NCBI GenBank assembly: GCA_964468045.1 | Contig: CAYXTO010000013.1 | Span: 21,392-85,391, forward strand | Direction: 5' to 3' | Origin: an uncultured Caenibius sp. | GTDB lineage: Bacteria > Pseudomonadota > Alphaproteobacteria > Sphingomonadales > Sphingomonadaceae | DNA length: 64,000 nt | Shown here: positions 41,311-49,740 of the stretch, piece after piece | How the letters are laid out: every line of letters starts with the position of its first letter | Numbering within the stretch: the stretch's first letter is position 1 | The notes under the pieces: generated by a model | Told to the model about the DNA's origin: nothing | The model's input: the letters and a program-made list of their open reading frames with translations, nothing else | Database searches by the model: none | Position numbers and translations under genes: made by a program

Positions 41311-42432
41311 TTACCCCGCCGCCAGCAAAGCGACGGTGCCCGCCAGCACGCGTTCCTGATGATACTCGGTCGAACCGTAGAGCGTGCCCAGCAGGCGGCC
41401 CCGGCGATAATGAAAATGCAGCGCCATTTCCCAGGTATAACCCATCCCGCCATGCAGCTGGATCGCCTCGCGCATCACATGCACTGCCATCCGGTTGGCC
41501 TTGGACTTGGCCATCGACACAGCACGCTCCCGCTCATCCACATCGGCCGAAGCCATCGCCCAGGATGCATAGTAGGCGCCGGAACGGGCCGTGTTCAGAT
41601 CGACCGCCATGTCGGCGCAGCGATGCTTGATCGCCTGGAACGCACCGATCGGCTGGCCGAACTGCACGCGTTCCTTCACATAGCCGAGGGTGACGTCGAG
41701 CAGCCTACCGCCGATGCCGACCATGCCGAGCGAAGCGATCGTCGCCAGCAGATCGATCACATAAGCGGCATTCGCCGCACTGGCGGCGCCCAGAATGTCT
41801 TCCCTGGCGATCGCGACATTGTCGAAGCCGATGCTGTAGTAATCGCCGCTGATATCCAGCGCTTCCTCGCGGGAGATGGACACCCCATCGCGGTTGCGGT
41901 CGATCGCCAGCAGAATCGGTTCGCCAGCGACGTCCTTGGCGATCACCAGCAGCAGATCGGCGCGATCGGCGCCCGCCACCAGCAGCTTCCTGCCATTGAG
42001 GCGGTTGTCGGCAGTAAGCGCCGAGGCGAAACCCTCAGCCGCATAGCCGCCATCCTTCTCATAGACCGCGAACGCCACGCGAAGGCCGCCCGTGGAAAGG
42101 TCTTCCAGCCACTTCGCCTTCTGCGCATCATCGCCGAACCGGGCGATGACCAGGCTGGCCGCGATGGTGTCGGTCACCGTCAGGGGAACCAGCGCGGCGC
42201 CGAATTCCTCGGCGATCAGGGCCAGATCGACCGTGGTCAGGCCAAGGCCGCCCTGCTCTTCGGGAACCAGCAGGCCGAACAGGCCCAGCTCGGCCAGCTT
42301 CGGCCACAGCTCCGCCTCAAGCGCCACCGGATCGCCACCGTCGCGCAGGAGGTCGATCGGATATTCGGCGGAGAGGCTCTCACGAACCGTCTCCTGGAAC
42401 ATGTATTGTTCTTCGTTGAAGTCGAAATTCAT
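41311..42432 (-). CDS. Acyl-CoA dehydrogenase family protein, second member of an adjacent pair (beta-like subunit)
   Basis: Start moved to MNFDFNEEQYMF (ATG 42430-42432), 7 nt after the stop of the upstream ACAD. Overall ACAD fold pattern, but more divergent than its partner. Confidence 0.8.
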   Translation of the reverse strand: MNFDFNEEQYMFQETVRESLSAEYPIDLLRDGGDPVALEAELWPKLAELGLFGLLVPEEQGGLGLTTVDLALIAEEFGAALVPLTVTDTIAASLVIARFGDDAQKAKWLEDLSTGGLRVAFAVYEKDGGYAAEGFASALTADNRLNGRKLLVAGADRADLLLVIAKDVAGEPILLAIDRNRDGVSISREEALDISGDYYSIGFDNVAIAREDILGAASAANAAYVIDLLATIASLGMVGIGGRLLDVTLGYVKERVQFGQPIGAFQAIKHRCADMAVDLNTARSGAYYASWAMASADVDERERAVSMAKSKANRMAVHVMREAIQLHGGMGYTWEMALHFHYRRGRLLGTLYGSTEYHQERVLAGTVALLAAG

Positions 42433-42439
42433 GGCGGGC

Positions 42440-43630
42440 CTACTTCGGCAGGCCGAGCACGCGCTCGGCGATGATATTGCGCTGGATCTCGGATGTGCCG
42501 GAATAGATCGTGAAGGCACGGCTCTGCAGGCAGCTCATCGGGAAACGCCCCCGCGCCAGTGCATCCTCATCACCCTGCATCAGCAGCGCTTCCGGACCGA
42601 GAATCTCGATCGACATGTCGAACATGTCCTGCGCCACATGGCTCCAGTAGAGCTTCATCATGGAGCTTTCCGGGCCGGGCTTCTCGCCCTTGATCGCCTT
42701 GCTGAACTCGCGCAGGCAATTCATCCGCATCAGCTCGAGATCGACGATGGATTGGGCCAGGCGCTGACGAATGGCGGGATTATCGATCGCCTTCCCCTCA
42801 CCAAGCTCGACCTCGCCGGCGGTTTCGATCAGCAGATCGAGCTCCTGCTTGAAGCGGATCTGCCGGGCAAGCGCATCTTCCGCGCCGCGTTCGTAGGACA
42901 GCGTGGTCATCGCGATGCGCCAGCCATCGTTCAGTTCGCCAACGAGATTTTCCTTCGGAACGCGAACATTCTCGAAGAAGGTTTCGTTGAATTCCTTCTC
43001 CCCCGAAATCTGGGTGAGCGGGCGGATGGTGATTCCCGGCGTGCTCATGTCGACCAGGAAGAAGCTCAGCCCCTTGTGCTTCGGGGCGTTCTGATCGGTC
43101 CGCGCCAGCAGGATGCACCATTGGGAATACTGGGCGAAGCTGGTCCAGATCTTCTGCCCGTTGATGACGAATTCATCGCCGTCGAGATCAGCGCGGCAAC
43201 GGGAGGACGCCAGGTCCGACCCGGCATTCGGCTCGGAGAAGCCCTGGCACCAGATTTCCTCGGCAGCGAGGATCTTGGGAAGGTAGCGTTCGCGCTGCGC
43301 TTCCGACCCGTGGTGCATCAGCGTGGTGGCCGCAAGGTTGCGGCCGATGACATTGATGCCTTCCGGGGCCTGTGCGCGGGCCAGTTCTTCCGCGAAGATG
43401 CCCTGTTCGACCAAGGTCGCGCCACGGCCGCCATATTTCTGGGGCCAGCTGATGCCACTCCACCCGCCTTCATAGAGCTTGCGCTCCCAGTCGATCCGGA
43501 AATGGGCGCGCTCATCCTCGTCTTCCGGTTCGAAGATGGTCTTGCCCCAGCCTTTCGGCAAGGCATCGACCAGCCACGCACGCACCTCGCTGCGGAAACG
43601 CTGTTCTTCTTCCGAGTAATTGAAATCCAT
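42440..43630 (-). CDS. Acyl-CoA dehydrogenase, first member of the pair (alpha-like subunit)
   Basis: WPQKYGGRGATLVEQ, CQGFSEPNAGSDLAS, INGQKIWTSFA, and C-terminal IYSGTSEIQRNIIAERVLGLPK resemble the FadE26/FadE28-type steroid/bulky-substrate ACADs. Confidence 0.9.
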   Translation of the reverse strand: MDFNYSEEEQRFRSEVRAWLVDALPKGWGKTIFEPEDEDERAHFRIDWERKLYEGGWSGISWPQKYGGRGATLVEQGIFAEELARAQAPEGINVIGRNLAATTLMHHGSEAQRERYLPKILAAEEIWCQGFSEPNAGSDLASSRCRADLDGDEFVINGQKIWTSFAQYSQWCILLARTDQNAPKHKGLSFFLVDMSTPGITIRPLTQISGEKEFNETFFENVRVPKENLVGELNDGWRIAMTTLSYERGAEDALARQIRFKQELDLLIETAGEVELGEGKAIDNPAIRQRLAQSIVDLELMRMNCLREFSKAIKGEKPGPESSMMKLYWSHVAQDMFDMSIEILGPEALLMQGDEDALARGRFPMSCLQSRAFTIYSGTSEIQRNIIAERVLGLPK

Positions 43631-43639
43631 GGGGTCGCC

Positions 43640-44425
43640 CTATTCCTTTCCGAATTCCGGGGCGCGCTTTTCACGGAAGGCGGCAACGCCTTCGGCATGG
43701 TCAGGCGTGGTGTAGGCCAGCGTCTGCGCATAGCCTTCGTATTCGAGCATCTGATCGAGCGTGGAATCCGCCGACTTGTTCAGCAGCGTCTTGATCATGG
43801 CCAGCGCGACCGGCGGGCCGGCGGCGATTTCCTTCGCGATCTTCCCGGCTTCGGCCAGCAGATCGTCATGCGGGACGACATGGTTCACAATGCCGAGATC
43901 GTAGGCTTCCTGCGCGCTGATCTTCTTGGCGGTGAAGCACAGTTCCTTCGCCTTGTTCACACCAACGATGCGGGTGAGGAAGTAAAGCCCGCCGAGATCC
44001 GGCACCAGACCCATCTTGGTGAAGATCTGGCTGTACATGGCCTTGTCGCTGGAAACGATGAAATCGCACGCCAGCGCGATGTTGAAGCCCGCGCCGACGG
44101 CCACGCCGTTCACGGCTGCGATCACCGGCTTTTCCAGGTCGAATAGCGGACGCAGCACATTGCGCAGGATGCCGCGATGGCGCGCGCGACGGGCCAGCAG
44201 CTTCATGTTCGGGTCCATGCCGCGGACATCGGCGCCGGCGCAGAAACCACGGCCCGCACCCGTCAAGATGACGCAACGCACTTCCGGATTGGCGGCGATC
44301 TCGCCAATCAGGTAATTCAGTTCCTTGTACATCTGGTCATTGGTGCTGTTCAGCGCGTCAGGGCGGTTCAGCGTGATCGTCGCTACACGCTCGTCCAGCT
44401 CATAGGTGATCGTTTCGAAATCCAA
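43640..44425 (-). CDS. Enoyl-CoA hydratase (crotonase)
   Basis: No in-frame ATG near the conserved N-terminus. TTG at 44423-44425 is preceded by AGGAG 8 nt upstream, giving (M)DFETITYELDERVATITLNRPDALN. FCAGADV, AAVNGVAVGAGFNIALACD, EGVAAFREKRAPEF. Confidence 0.85.
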   Translation of the reverse strand: MDFETITYELDERVATITLNRPDALNSTNDQMYKELNYLIGEIAANPEVRCVILTGAGRGFCAGADVRGMDPNMKLLARRARHRGILRNVLRPLFDLEKPVIAAVNGVAVGAGFNIALACDFIVSSDKAMYSQIFTKMGLVPDLGGLYFLTRIVGVNKAKELCFTAKKISAQEAYDLGIVNHVVPHDDLLAEAGKIAKEIAAGPPVALAMIKTLLNKSADSTLDQMLEYEGYAQTLAYTTPDHAEGVAAFREKRAPEFGKE

Positions 44426-44468
44426 GGTCTCAACTCCTAGGCAACCTGCGCAAGAATGCAGGCAATGA

Positions 44469-45302
44469 TCAGAATGCGATTGCGTCAGACTGCTGCGGCG
44501 GCACGAACGCGATATCCCCTTCGGTCGAATCCGGAATCGCCCACCAGTCCTCAGGCATATGCGTCGGAATGCGGAAATCATGCGCGGGCACGACGATATC
44601 GGCATGGTCCATCACGCGCTGCATCGCCGCCGCCCAGTCACGCTCGCTTTCAGAGCGGATGGGGCCCGGCAGGAATGTGTCGGCAAGATAGCGGGTCGGC
44701 CTGTCCGTGGCCCGCGGATCGGCGGGATACCAATATTTGTAATGGTCCCCCAGATCAGACACGAGCGCGACCTTGCCCTTGGCCGTGGTCACGATCGGAA
44801 CCTGCATGCCCGGCGTATGGGAAGGAACATGCAGGACGTGGATGCCATCCACGAAATCGAAATCGCCCTCGACCAGGCGCAGACCCTTGGGGCGCTTGCG
44901 GCTCAGAAGCTCGGCCATGATGTGGCCCTTGAAGAAAGGCCGCTGGCTCGGCGTCGGATCGATCGCGTGGAACAGTTCCTCGCGCTGCACCACGACGCAG
45001 GCATTGGGAAACAGGTCGGTGTTGTCGGCATGGTCGAAATGCATGTGGGTCAGGATGACATGGCTGATATCGTCCGGGGTCAGCCCATGTTCGGCAAGGC
45101 GTGCGCGCAAGGCCGCGTGGCCGCCGCCCCAGCCGCTCACCTTCAGCATCTCCTCGATCCGGGCGATATCGGTCATCCCGCTATCGACCAGGAAATGCTG
45201 CTTGCCGTCGGTCACGAGCCAGACGTGAATGGGGTCGCGATGGATCTTCCCGCCTTGCGGCAGATAGAGTTCACCAATCCTGAGCGAATGAACCTCGAAC
45301 AT
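44469..45302 (-). CDS. MBL-fold metallo-hydrolase (lactonase-like)
   Basis: H-x-H-x-D-H motif THMHFDHADN. 277 aa. Pattern resembles N-acyl-homoserine-lactonase-type MBL proteins. Confidence 0.85.
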   Translation of the reverse strand: MFEVHSLRIGELYLPQGGKIHRDPIHVWLVTDGKQHFLVDSGMTDIARIEEMLKVSGWGGGHAALRARLAEHGLTPDDISHVILTHMHFDHADNTDLFPNACVVVQREELFHAIDPTPSQRPFFKGHIMAELLSRKRPKGLRLVEGDFDFVDGIHVLHVPSHTPGMQVPIVTTAKGKVALVSDLGDHYKYWYPADPRATDRPTRYLADTFLPGPIRSESERDWAAAMQRVMDHADIVVPAHDFRIPTHMPEDWWAIPDSTEGDIAFVPPQQSDAIAF

Positions 45303-45321
45303 CCCAACTTACCCGATTATT

Positions 45322-45349
45322 GCCCCGCGCCTGTTTCCGGGCGCGGGGC
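45322..45349 (-). other. 10-bp GC-rich hairpin inside the operon (between the DUF35 gene and the MBL gene)
   Basis: GCCCCGCGCC (45322-45331), 8-nt loop, GGCGCGGGGC (45340-45349). No clear U-tract on the transcribed (minus) strand. Confidence 0.4.
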
Positions 45350-45357
45350 ATTTGCAT

Positions 45358-46287
45358 TTACTCGTCGATGACCTCGAACCGCTCGATGTCCGACACGCTG
45401 CCCTTGCGCTCGCCTTGCGTCCAGATCGCGCGGACACGGGTGCCCGGCTTGATCTTCTGCTTGGCGCTTTCAAGGTCCTCGATATCGATCATGTGGATCA
45501 TGCGGGTGGAAGCTCCATCGAGAACGATCTCGGCATAGACATAGGGCACCTGCCGGGTCTGGCCAAAGACTTCCATGTTGATGATCGAACATGCGCGGAT
45601 CGTGCCGGTGTTGGCGCACGCCTTCCAGGTGCCGGTGCGCTTATGCGTCACGTCGTCGACCTCGCGCGGCGGCAGCAGCGCATCGTCGCCATTCGAGGTG
45701 CGCACGCCCATCACCCGTCCATGCTCGCGGATCTCGTCGAACATGCGGCCGTAATAGGGGCCGTAGGCATGCTCGTAGTCGAGAGTCATGGAATAGTCGA
45801 TGACGCCAAGCGGTTCGGCTGGATCGGTCAGATCCTTGACCGCGCCGGCCGGCGCGTCGGCCGATGGGACGAAGCCGGCGATCGCCAGGATGGACGTGCC
45901 CTGGTCATCATCGCTCCATTTCGCCGCGACGCGCTGGCCGACCGACAAATCGCCCAGATCGGCAAGGATCTTGTGCGGGAATTCGTTGTCGCAGCCATCA
46001 AGGCGGATCAGGCCGATGACCTCGCCGTTCACGCGGGTGAAGGCGGTGAGAACACCGGTTTCCGGAACCTGGACCAGCGCCACGGGCTCGTCGCCGTTGA
46101 CGGGCGAAAAGTCCTGCGCGGGGGCAACCACCTTGCCATCGGGGAACTTCGAGCCGACGATGCGGCGGTTCGGCATTTCCGCGAGGAACGTTCCGGCCGC
46201 TCGGCCAGGAGTCAGCGTGTAAGGCATGCTGATCTGGCTGTGGAAGGTCGGAAGATCGAGCGGGTAAGCTTCTGGTGCGGAGTACAT
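45358..46287 (-). CDS. Tandem DUF35-type OB-fold protein (two OB-fold modules, no zinc-ribbon cysteines)
   Basis: 309 aa. Two repeats of the DUF35 C-terminal OB pattern (GVLTAFTRV...IGLIRLDG...VGQRVAAKW and GTIRACSIIN...YVYAEIVLDG...PGTRVRAIW). Confidence 0.8.
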   Translation of the reverse strand: MYSAPEAYPLDLPTFHSQISMPYTLTPGRAAGTFLAEMPNRRIVGSKFPDGKVVAPAQDFSPVNGDEPVALVQVPETGVLTAFTRVNGEVIGLIRLDGCDNEFPHKILADLGDLSVGQRVAAKWSDDDQGTSILAIAGFVPSADAPAGAVKDLTDPAEPLGVIDYSMTLDYEHAYGPYYGRMFDEIREHGRVMGVRTSNGDDALLPPREVDDVTHKRTGTWKACANTGTIRACSIINMEVFGQTRQVPYVYAEIVLDGASTRMIHMIDIEDLESAKQKIKPGTRVRAIWTQGERKGSVSDIERFEVIDE

Positions 46288-46299
46288 CTGTCGTTCTCC

Positions 46300-47451
46300 T
46301 TAAGCGCTCAGCACGGCACAGCCGCGCAGGTTGGCCCAGCCGCCGCCCGACTGGACGAGTGCGGTCTTGGCGCCTTTGATCTGGTGGCTCTCGTTGCGGC
46401 CCATGACCTGGGTCGCCCCTTCGATCAGCCGGATAACGCCGACCGCGCCGATCGGATTGGCGCCCATGCAGCCTCCCGAGGGATTGACCGGAATATCGCC
46501 ATCGAGCTGGGTGGCGCCGGAAGCGATCAGCTCAGCCGCCTGGCCCGGAGGGCACAGACCAAGGCTTTCGTAATAGTTGAGCTCGAAGCAGCTATAGGGC
46601 TCCTGCACCTCGACCACGTCGAACTGGCGACGCGGATTGGTGATGCCGGCGGCGCGATAGACGCGCTTCGAAGCGATTGCGAGCGGTTCCGACAGCATCA
46701 GCGAGCGTTCCGGGGCATTGTCCGCTTCGCAGCAATAGGCAATGCCGCGAATCCATGCCGGCGTGGTGGTCGAATGGTGCGCCACCTTCTCGTTGGCGAG
46801 AACGATGGCAGCCGCGCCGTCCGAGATCGGCGGCACGTCGAGCAGCTTGATCGGCCAGCACAACGGCCGGGAATTGAGCACGTCCTCGACGGTCACTTCC
46901 TTCTTCACATGCGCATAGGGATTGGCGATCGCGTTCTTGCGATTCTTGGCCGCAACCATCGCCGCGGCTTCTTCCGTATGGCCCAGCACCTCCATGCGCG
47001 CCCGCCAGTAAGCGGCGGAAAAGCCCATGATGCCGACCGCGAACTCACGACCCCAGAACGGATCGTAAAGCGTCGAGATCGAGTACTGAAGCTGGCCTTC
47101 GGACAGCTTGTCGTACGCGACCACGAGCGTGCGCTCCGAATAGCCGCCCGCGACCTGGTAATAGCCGGCAAGAGCGCCGGCAAAGCCTGCGCCGCCGCCG
47201 CTGGTGAGGCGCACGACCGACTTGCCCTGCGCGCCGATCGCATCGACTACCCACTTTTCCGGCTGGTTCACCGCAGCGAACAGCACGGGGCCGGTAGCGA
47301 CGACCACCGTGTCGATCTCATCCATCGACAGCTTCGCGTCAGCCAATGCACGATCCACCGCCTCGCGGACGAGACCAGCCTGGCTGACATCGGTCCGACG
47401 GCGTGCGTGATGCGTCTGTCCGACGCCTACAATTCCTACTTCACGGCCCAT
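46300..47451 (-). CDS. Thiolase-fold (SCP-x/Ltp-like) protein with an incomplete catalytic set
   Basis: ATG at 47449-47451 (TTG alternative at 47457). The expected nucleophile loop reads VRLTSGGGAGFAGAL with no Cys. The C-terminal GGCMGANPIGAVG has Asn where canonical thiolases have His. Confidence 0.85.
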   Translation of the reverse strand: MGREVGIVGVGQTHHARRRTDVSQAGLVREAVDRALADAKLSMDEIDTVVVATGPVLFAAVNQPEKWVVDAIGAQGKSVVRLTSGGGAGFAGALAGYYQVAGGYSERTLVVAYDKLSEGQLQYSISTLYDPFWGREFAVGIMGFSAAYWRARMEVLGHTEEAAAMVAAKNRKNAIANPYAHVKKEVTVEDVLNSRPLCWPIKLLDVPPISDGAAAIVLANEKVAHHSTTTPAWIRGIAYCCEADNAPERSLMLSEPLAIASKRVYRAAGITNPRRQFDVVEVQEPYSCFELNYYESLGLCPPGQAAELIASGATQLDGDIPVNPSGGCMGANPIGAVGVIRLIEGATQVMGRNESHQIKGAKTALVQSGGGWANLRGCAVLSA

Positions 47452-47453
47452 GA

Positions 47454-48560
47454 TCAAACCTCGAGAGTAAAGACGCAGTTGGTCTGCATCGCGACACCGC
47501 CGGTGCCGTGGACGACAGCGCGGCTCGGCGCGGCTGCGCCGGACTGGGGTTGCAAAAGCTGGCCGGACGCAGCCGCCAGACGCGCAAGACCCGTAGCCAG
47601 CACCGGATCGGCCGGCAAAGCGCCGCCCGAACGGTTGACCTTGTCGGACAGCGCCGCATCGAGACCCTTGCCTGCCTTGGCGACGCCGATGCCTTCCAGC
47701 GCCAGCAGCTCGCCAACGACCGAGCTGCCGCTGACCTCGACCACATCCGCTTCGGCCGCATTCCAGCCGGCCTTGGCCGATGCCATCGCGGCCGCGCTGG
47801 CGACCGAATCAAGCTTGCCGGCGCCACGTGCGGCAAAGGAATGGGTATCCATCGAAGTGCCCATGCCGGTGATGAAGACGGGCGGACGACCCAGCCGGCG
47901 AGCGATCTCTTCGGTGCTGAGGAGAATTGCGACAGCGCCGTCCACCGGGCGCGAGATCATCAGCTCTGTCAGCGGCGCGGCCCCTTCGCCCGATGCCAGC
48001 ACGGCATCGACGTCGGGCACGCTGTCGATCGCGACCTGACCGCCTTCGGCGGCCGCGGCCCAGCGCTTCGCCACGACATCGGCGAGATCGCGATCCTTGA
48101 CGCCGCTGGCATCGAGGTAACGCTGCGCCTGGATGCCGAGGGCAACACGCTGATTGAAACCGACGGGCCGCTGGTAGAACGGCTCCACCATGGACGACCA
48201 GTACAGGCTGATGTCGGATTCCGAAGGCTTGGAATAGGCCACGATCAGGCCGATGGACGAACCCGCGCGGAGCTTGTTCACGCCATAGAGCGCGCCCCAC
48301 AGCCCGTCCTCCTCGACACGCGCCTCTTCCTTGTGATGGGCGCCGAGCGCACCAAGGAAGCCGCAGTTCGAGATCGAACGGCCATCGAGCACGTCACTGC
48401 CGGAGTCGATGATGAAATCGACATCGTCCAGCGTCAGGCCCGTGCCCTTGAACACATCCGTAACGACTGCGGAAATGAGGTCGATATGCTGGGCGCTATC
48501 CCATGCGGGACGCAGCTGGGTCATCGACGTCGAAATAATGCCAACGCGAGGCATGCTCAT
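47454..48560 (-). CDS. Thiolase-fold (SCP-x/Ltp-like) protein, degenerate partner
   Basis: 368 aa. The C-terminal loop reads NRSGGALPADPVLATG and lacks both the Cys and the His of the canonical CxGHP motif. RBS AGGGGGG upstream. Confidence 0.8.
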   Translation of the reverse strand: MSMPRVGIISTSMTQLRPAWDSAQHIDLISAVVTDVFKGTGLTLDDVDFIIDSGSDVLDGRSISNCGFLGALGAHHKEEARVEEDGLWGALYGVNKLRAGSSIGLIVAYSKPSESDISLYWSSMVEPFYQRPVGFNQRVALGIQAQRYLDASGVKDRDLADVVAKRWAAAAEGGQVAIDSVPDVDAVLASGEGAAPLTELMISRPVDGAVAILLSTEEIARRLGRPPVFITGMGTSMDTHSFAARGAGKLDSVASAAAMASAKAGWNAAEADVVEVSGSSVVGELLALEGIGVAKAGKGLDAALSDKVNRSGGALPADPVLATGLARLAAASGQLLQPQSGAAAPSRAVVHGTGGVAMQTNCVFTLEV

Positions 48561-48621
48561 GATGCACCCCCCTGCGTTGCCGGCTCAGTCATGTTCATGG
48601 CCAACCTTCCTGAAAAACACC

Positions 48622-48649
48622 CTCTCCAAACTTCTCTCCAAATTTGGAG
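48622..48649 (-). promoter_or_regulatory. Operator-like array: CTCTCCAAA x2 (12-bp period) merging into the perfect 14-bp palindrome CTCCAAATTTGGAG
   Basis: Direct copies at 48622-48630 and 48634-48642. Palindrome at 48636-48649. Lies 62-89 nt upstream of the thiolase-fold gene start (48560), in a 240-nt lower-GC intergenic region. Confidence 0.4.
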
Positions 48650-48800
48650 CGGCACGCGAAAAACCGGAGGGGGGAAGCCCGCCGGCATAAATTAAGTCGA
48701 GTGTCCGAATAGGAACGACGCCTTTTCGAGTCAACCCGCGTTTTCGAAATAACATCGGCTTTTTGAATGACAAGCGCCAAATGCTCCCAATCCCTGAAAT

Positions 48801-49601
48801 TCAGACATCGCTAAACTTTGGAGAACGGCCCTGCAGGAATGCGGCAACACCTTCCTGGCTATCGCGAGTGGCCACCAAATCAGCGGACAGCGACTGCGCA
48901 TCCAGATAGGCTTCCATCCAGCTCATGCCCTCGAGTCGCGACGAGGCGATCTTGCGGGCCTGGATCGAAGGCAGGCTCTTGGCCGCTATCGCCTCCGCCA
49001 GCTGCAGCGCCTTGGGCAACACCTCTTCACGGGGCACGACGTAATTGAAGAAGCCTGTCGGCTCCAATTCACGCGCCGTGTATTTCTGGCCGGTGAAGAG
49101 GATCTCCCGCATCTTCGCTTCGGGCATCTTGAGCATCGAGAACAGGCCGGCGCCTCCGCAGACCAACCCATAGTCGATCTCAGGGCACGAGAACTTCGCA
49201 TCCTCCCACGCGATCCGCATGTCGCACAGCCCGGACAGGATCATGCCTATGCCGATGGCCGGCCCATTCACGGCGGCGATGACCGGCCGATCCAGATAAT
49301 AGAAGGAAGGGAGCTTTTCATTGATGTAGCGATAGCGCTCCTTGCGCTTCGCGGTGTCCATCCCGACGAAGTCGTTGAGGTCCGCTCCGCCGCACCACGC
49401 GCGCGCCTCCTCCGGGGCGGTCAGAATCAGCACCCTGATCGCCGGATCCCCGGCCACGCGTTCGCTCAGGTCGCCGATATTCTCGTAAACCGACAAGGAT
49501 ACCGCATTCACCGGCGGCCGGCTGAAGGTCGCCAGGCCGACTCCGGAAGCCAGCAGATCGAGGCGCAAGGCGCCGAATTCTTCTGTCCTGACTATATCCA
49601 T
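48801..49601 (-). CDS. Enoyl-CoA hydratase/isomerase (crotonase) family protein
   Basis: Start at MDIVRTEEFG (ATG 49599-49601) with GGGGAGA upstream. WCGGADL, AAVNGPAIGIGMILSGLCD, EGVAAFLQGRSPKF. Confidence 0.85.
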   Translation of the reverse strand: MDIVRTEEFGALRLDLLASGVGLATFSRPPVNAVSLSVYENIGDLSERVAGDPAIRVLILTAPEEARAWCGGADLNDFVGMDTAKRKERYRYINEKLPSFYYLDRPVIAAVNGPAIGIGMILSGLCDMRIAWEDAKFSCPEIDYGLVCGGAGLFSMLKMPEAKMREILFTGQKYTARELEPTGFFNYVVPREEVLPKALQLAEAIAAKSLPSIQARKIASSRLEGMSWMEAYLDAQSLSADLVATRDSQEGVAAFLQGRSPKFSDV

Positions 49602-49740
49602 CTTCTCCCCGCATCGAAAACGCAATTTCCCGGCTGCCGTAACTGCACGTCCGGGACGGGTAAAGCCGAAAGACTTTTTGATTCGGTTTGACCTGTCTTG
49701 CCTCTCTTTCTACACCCAAGAGCGGAGGGAGAAGAATAAA

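Noticed and set aside
45352-48039. Very long ORFs on the strand opposite the called genes: 45352-48039 (+, 895 aa), 40270-42474 (+, 734 aa), 55888-58077 (+, 729 aa), 42092-44146 (+, 684 aa), 17412-19394 (-, 660 aa), 38417-40273 (+, 618 aa), 21074-22741 (-, 555 aa), 5375-6931 (-, 518 aa), 49756-51279 (-, 507 aa), 971-2383 (-, 470 aa).
   Set aside because: Their translations are Arg/Ala/Gly/Pro/His-rich low-complexity strings with no recognisable domain. They lie antisense to ORFs with clear family motifs. Stop-free antisense frames of this kind are expected in GC-rich DNA.
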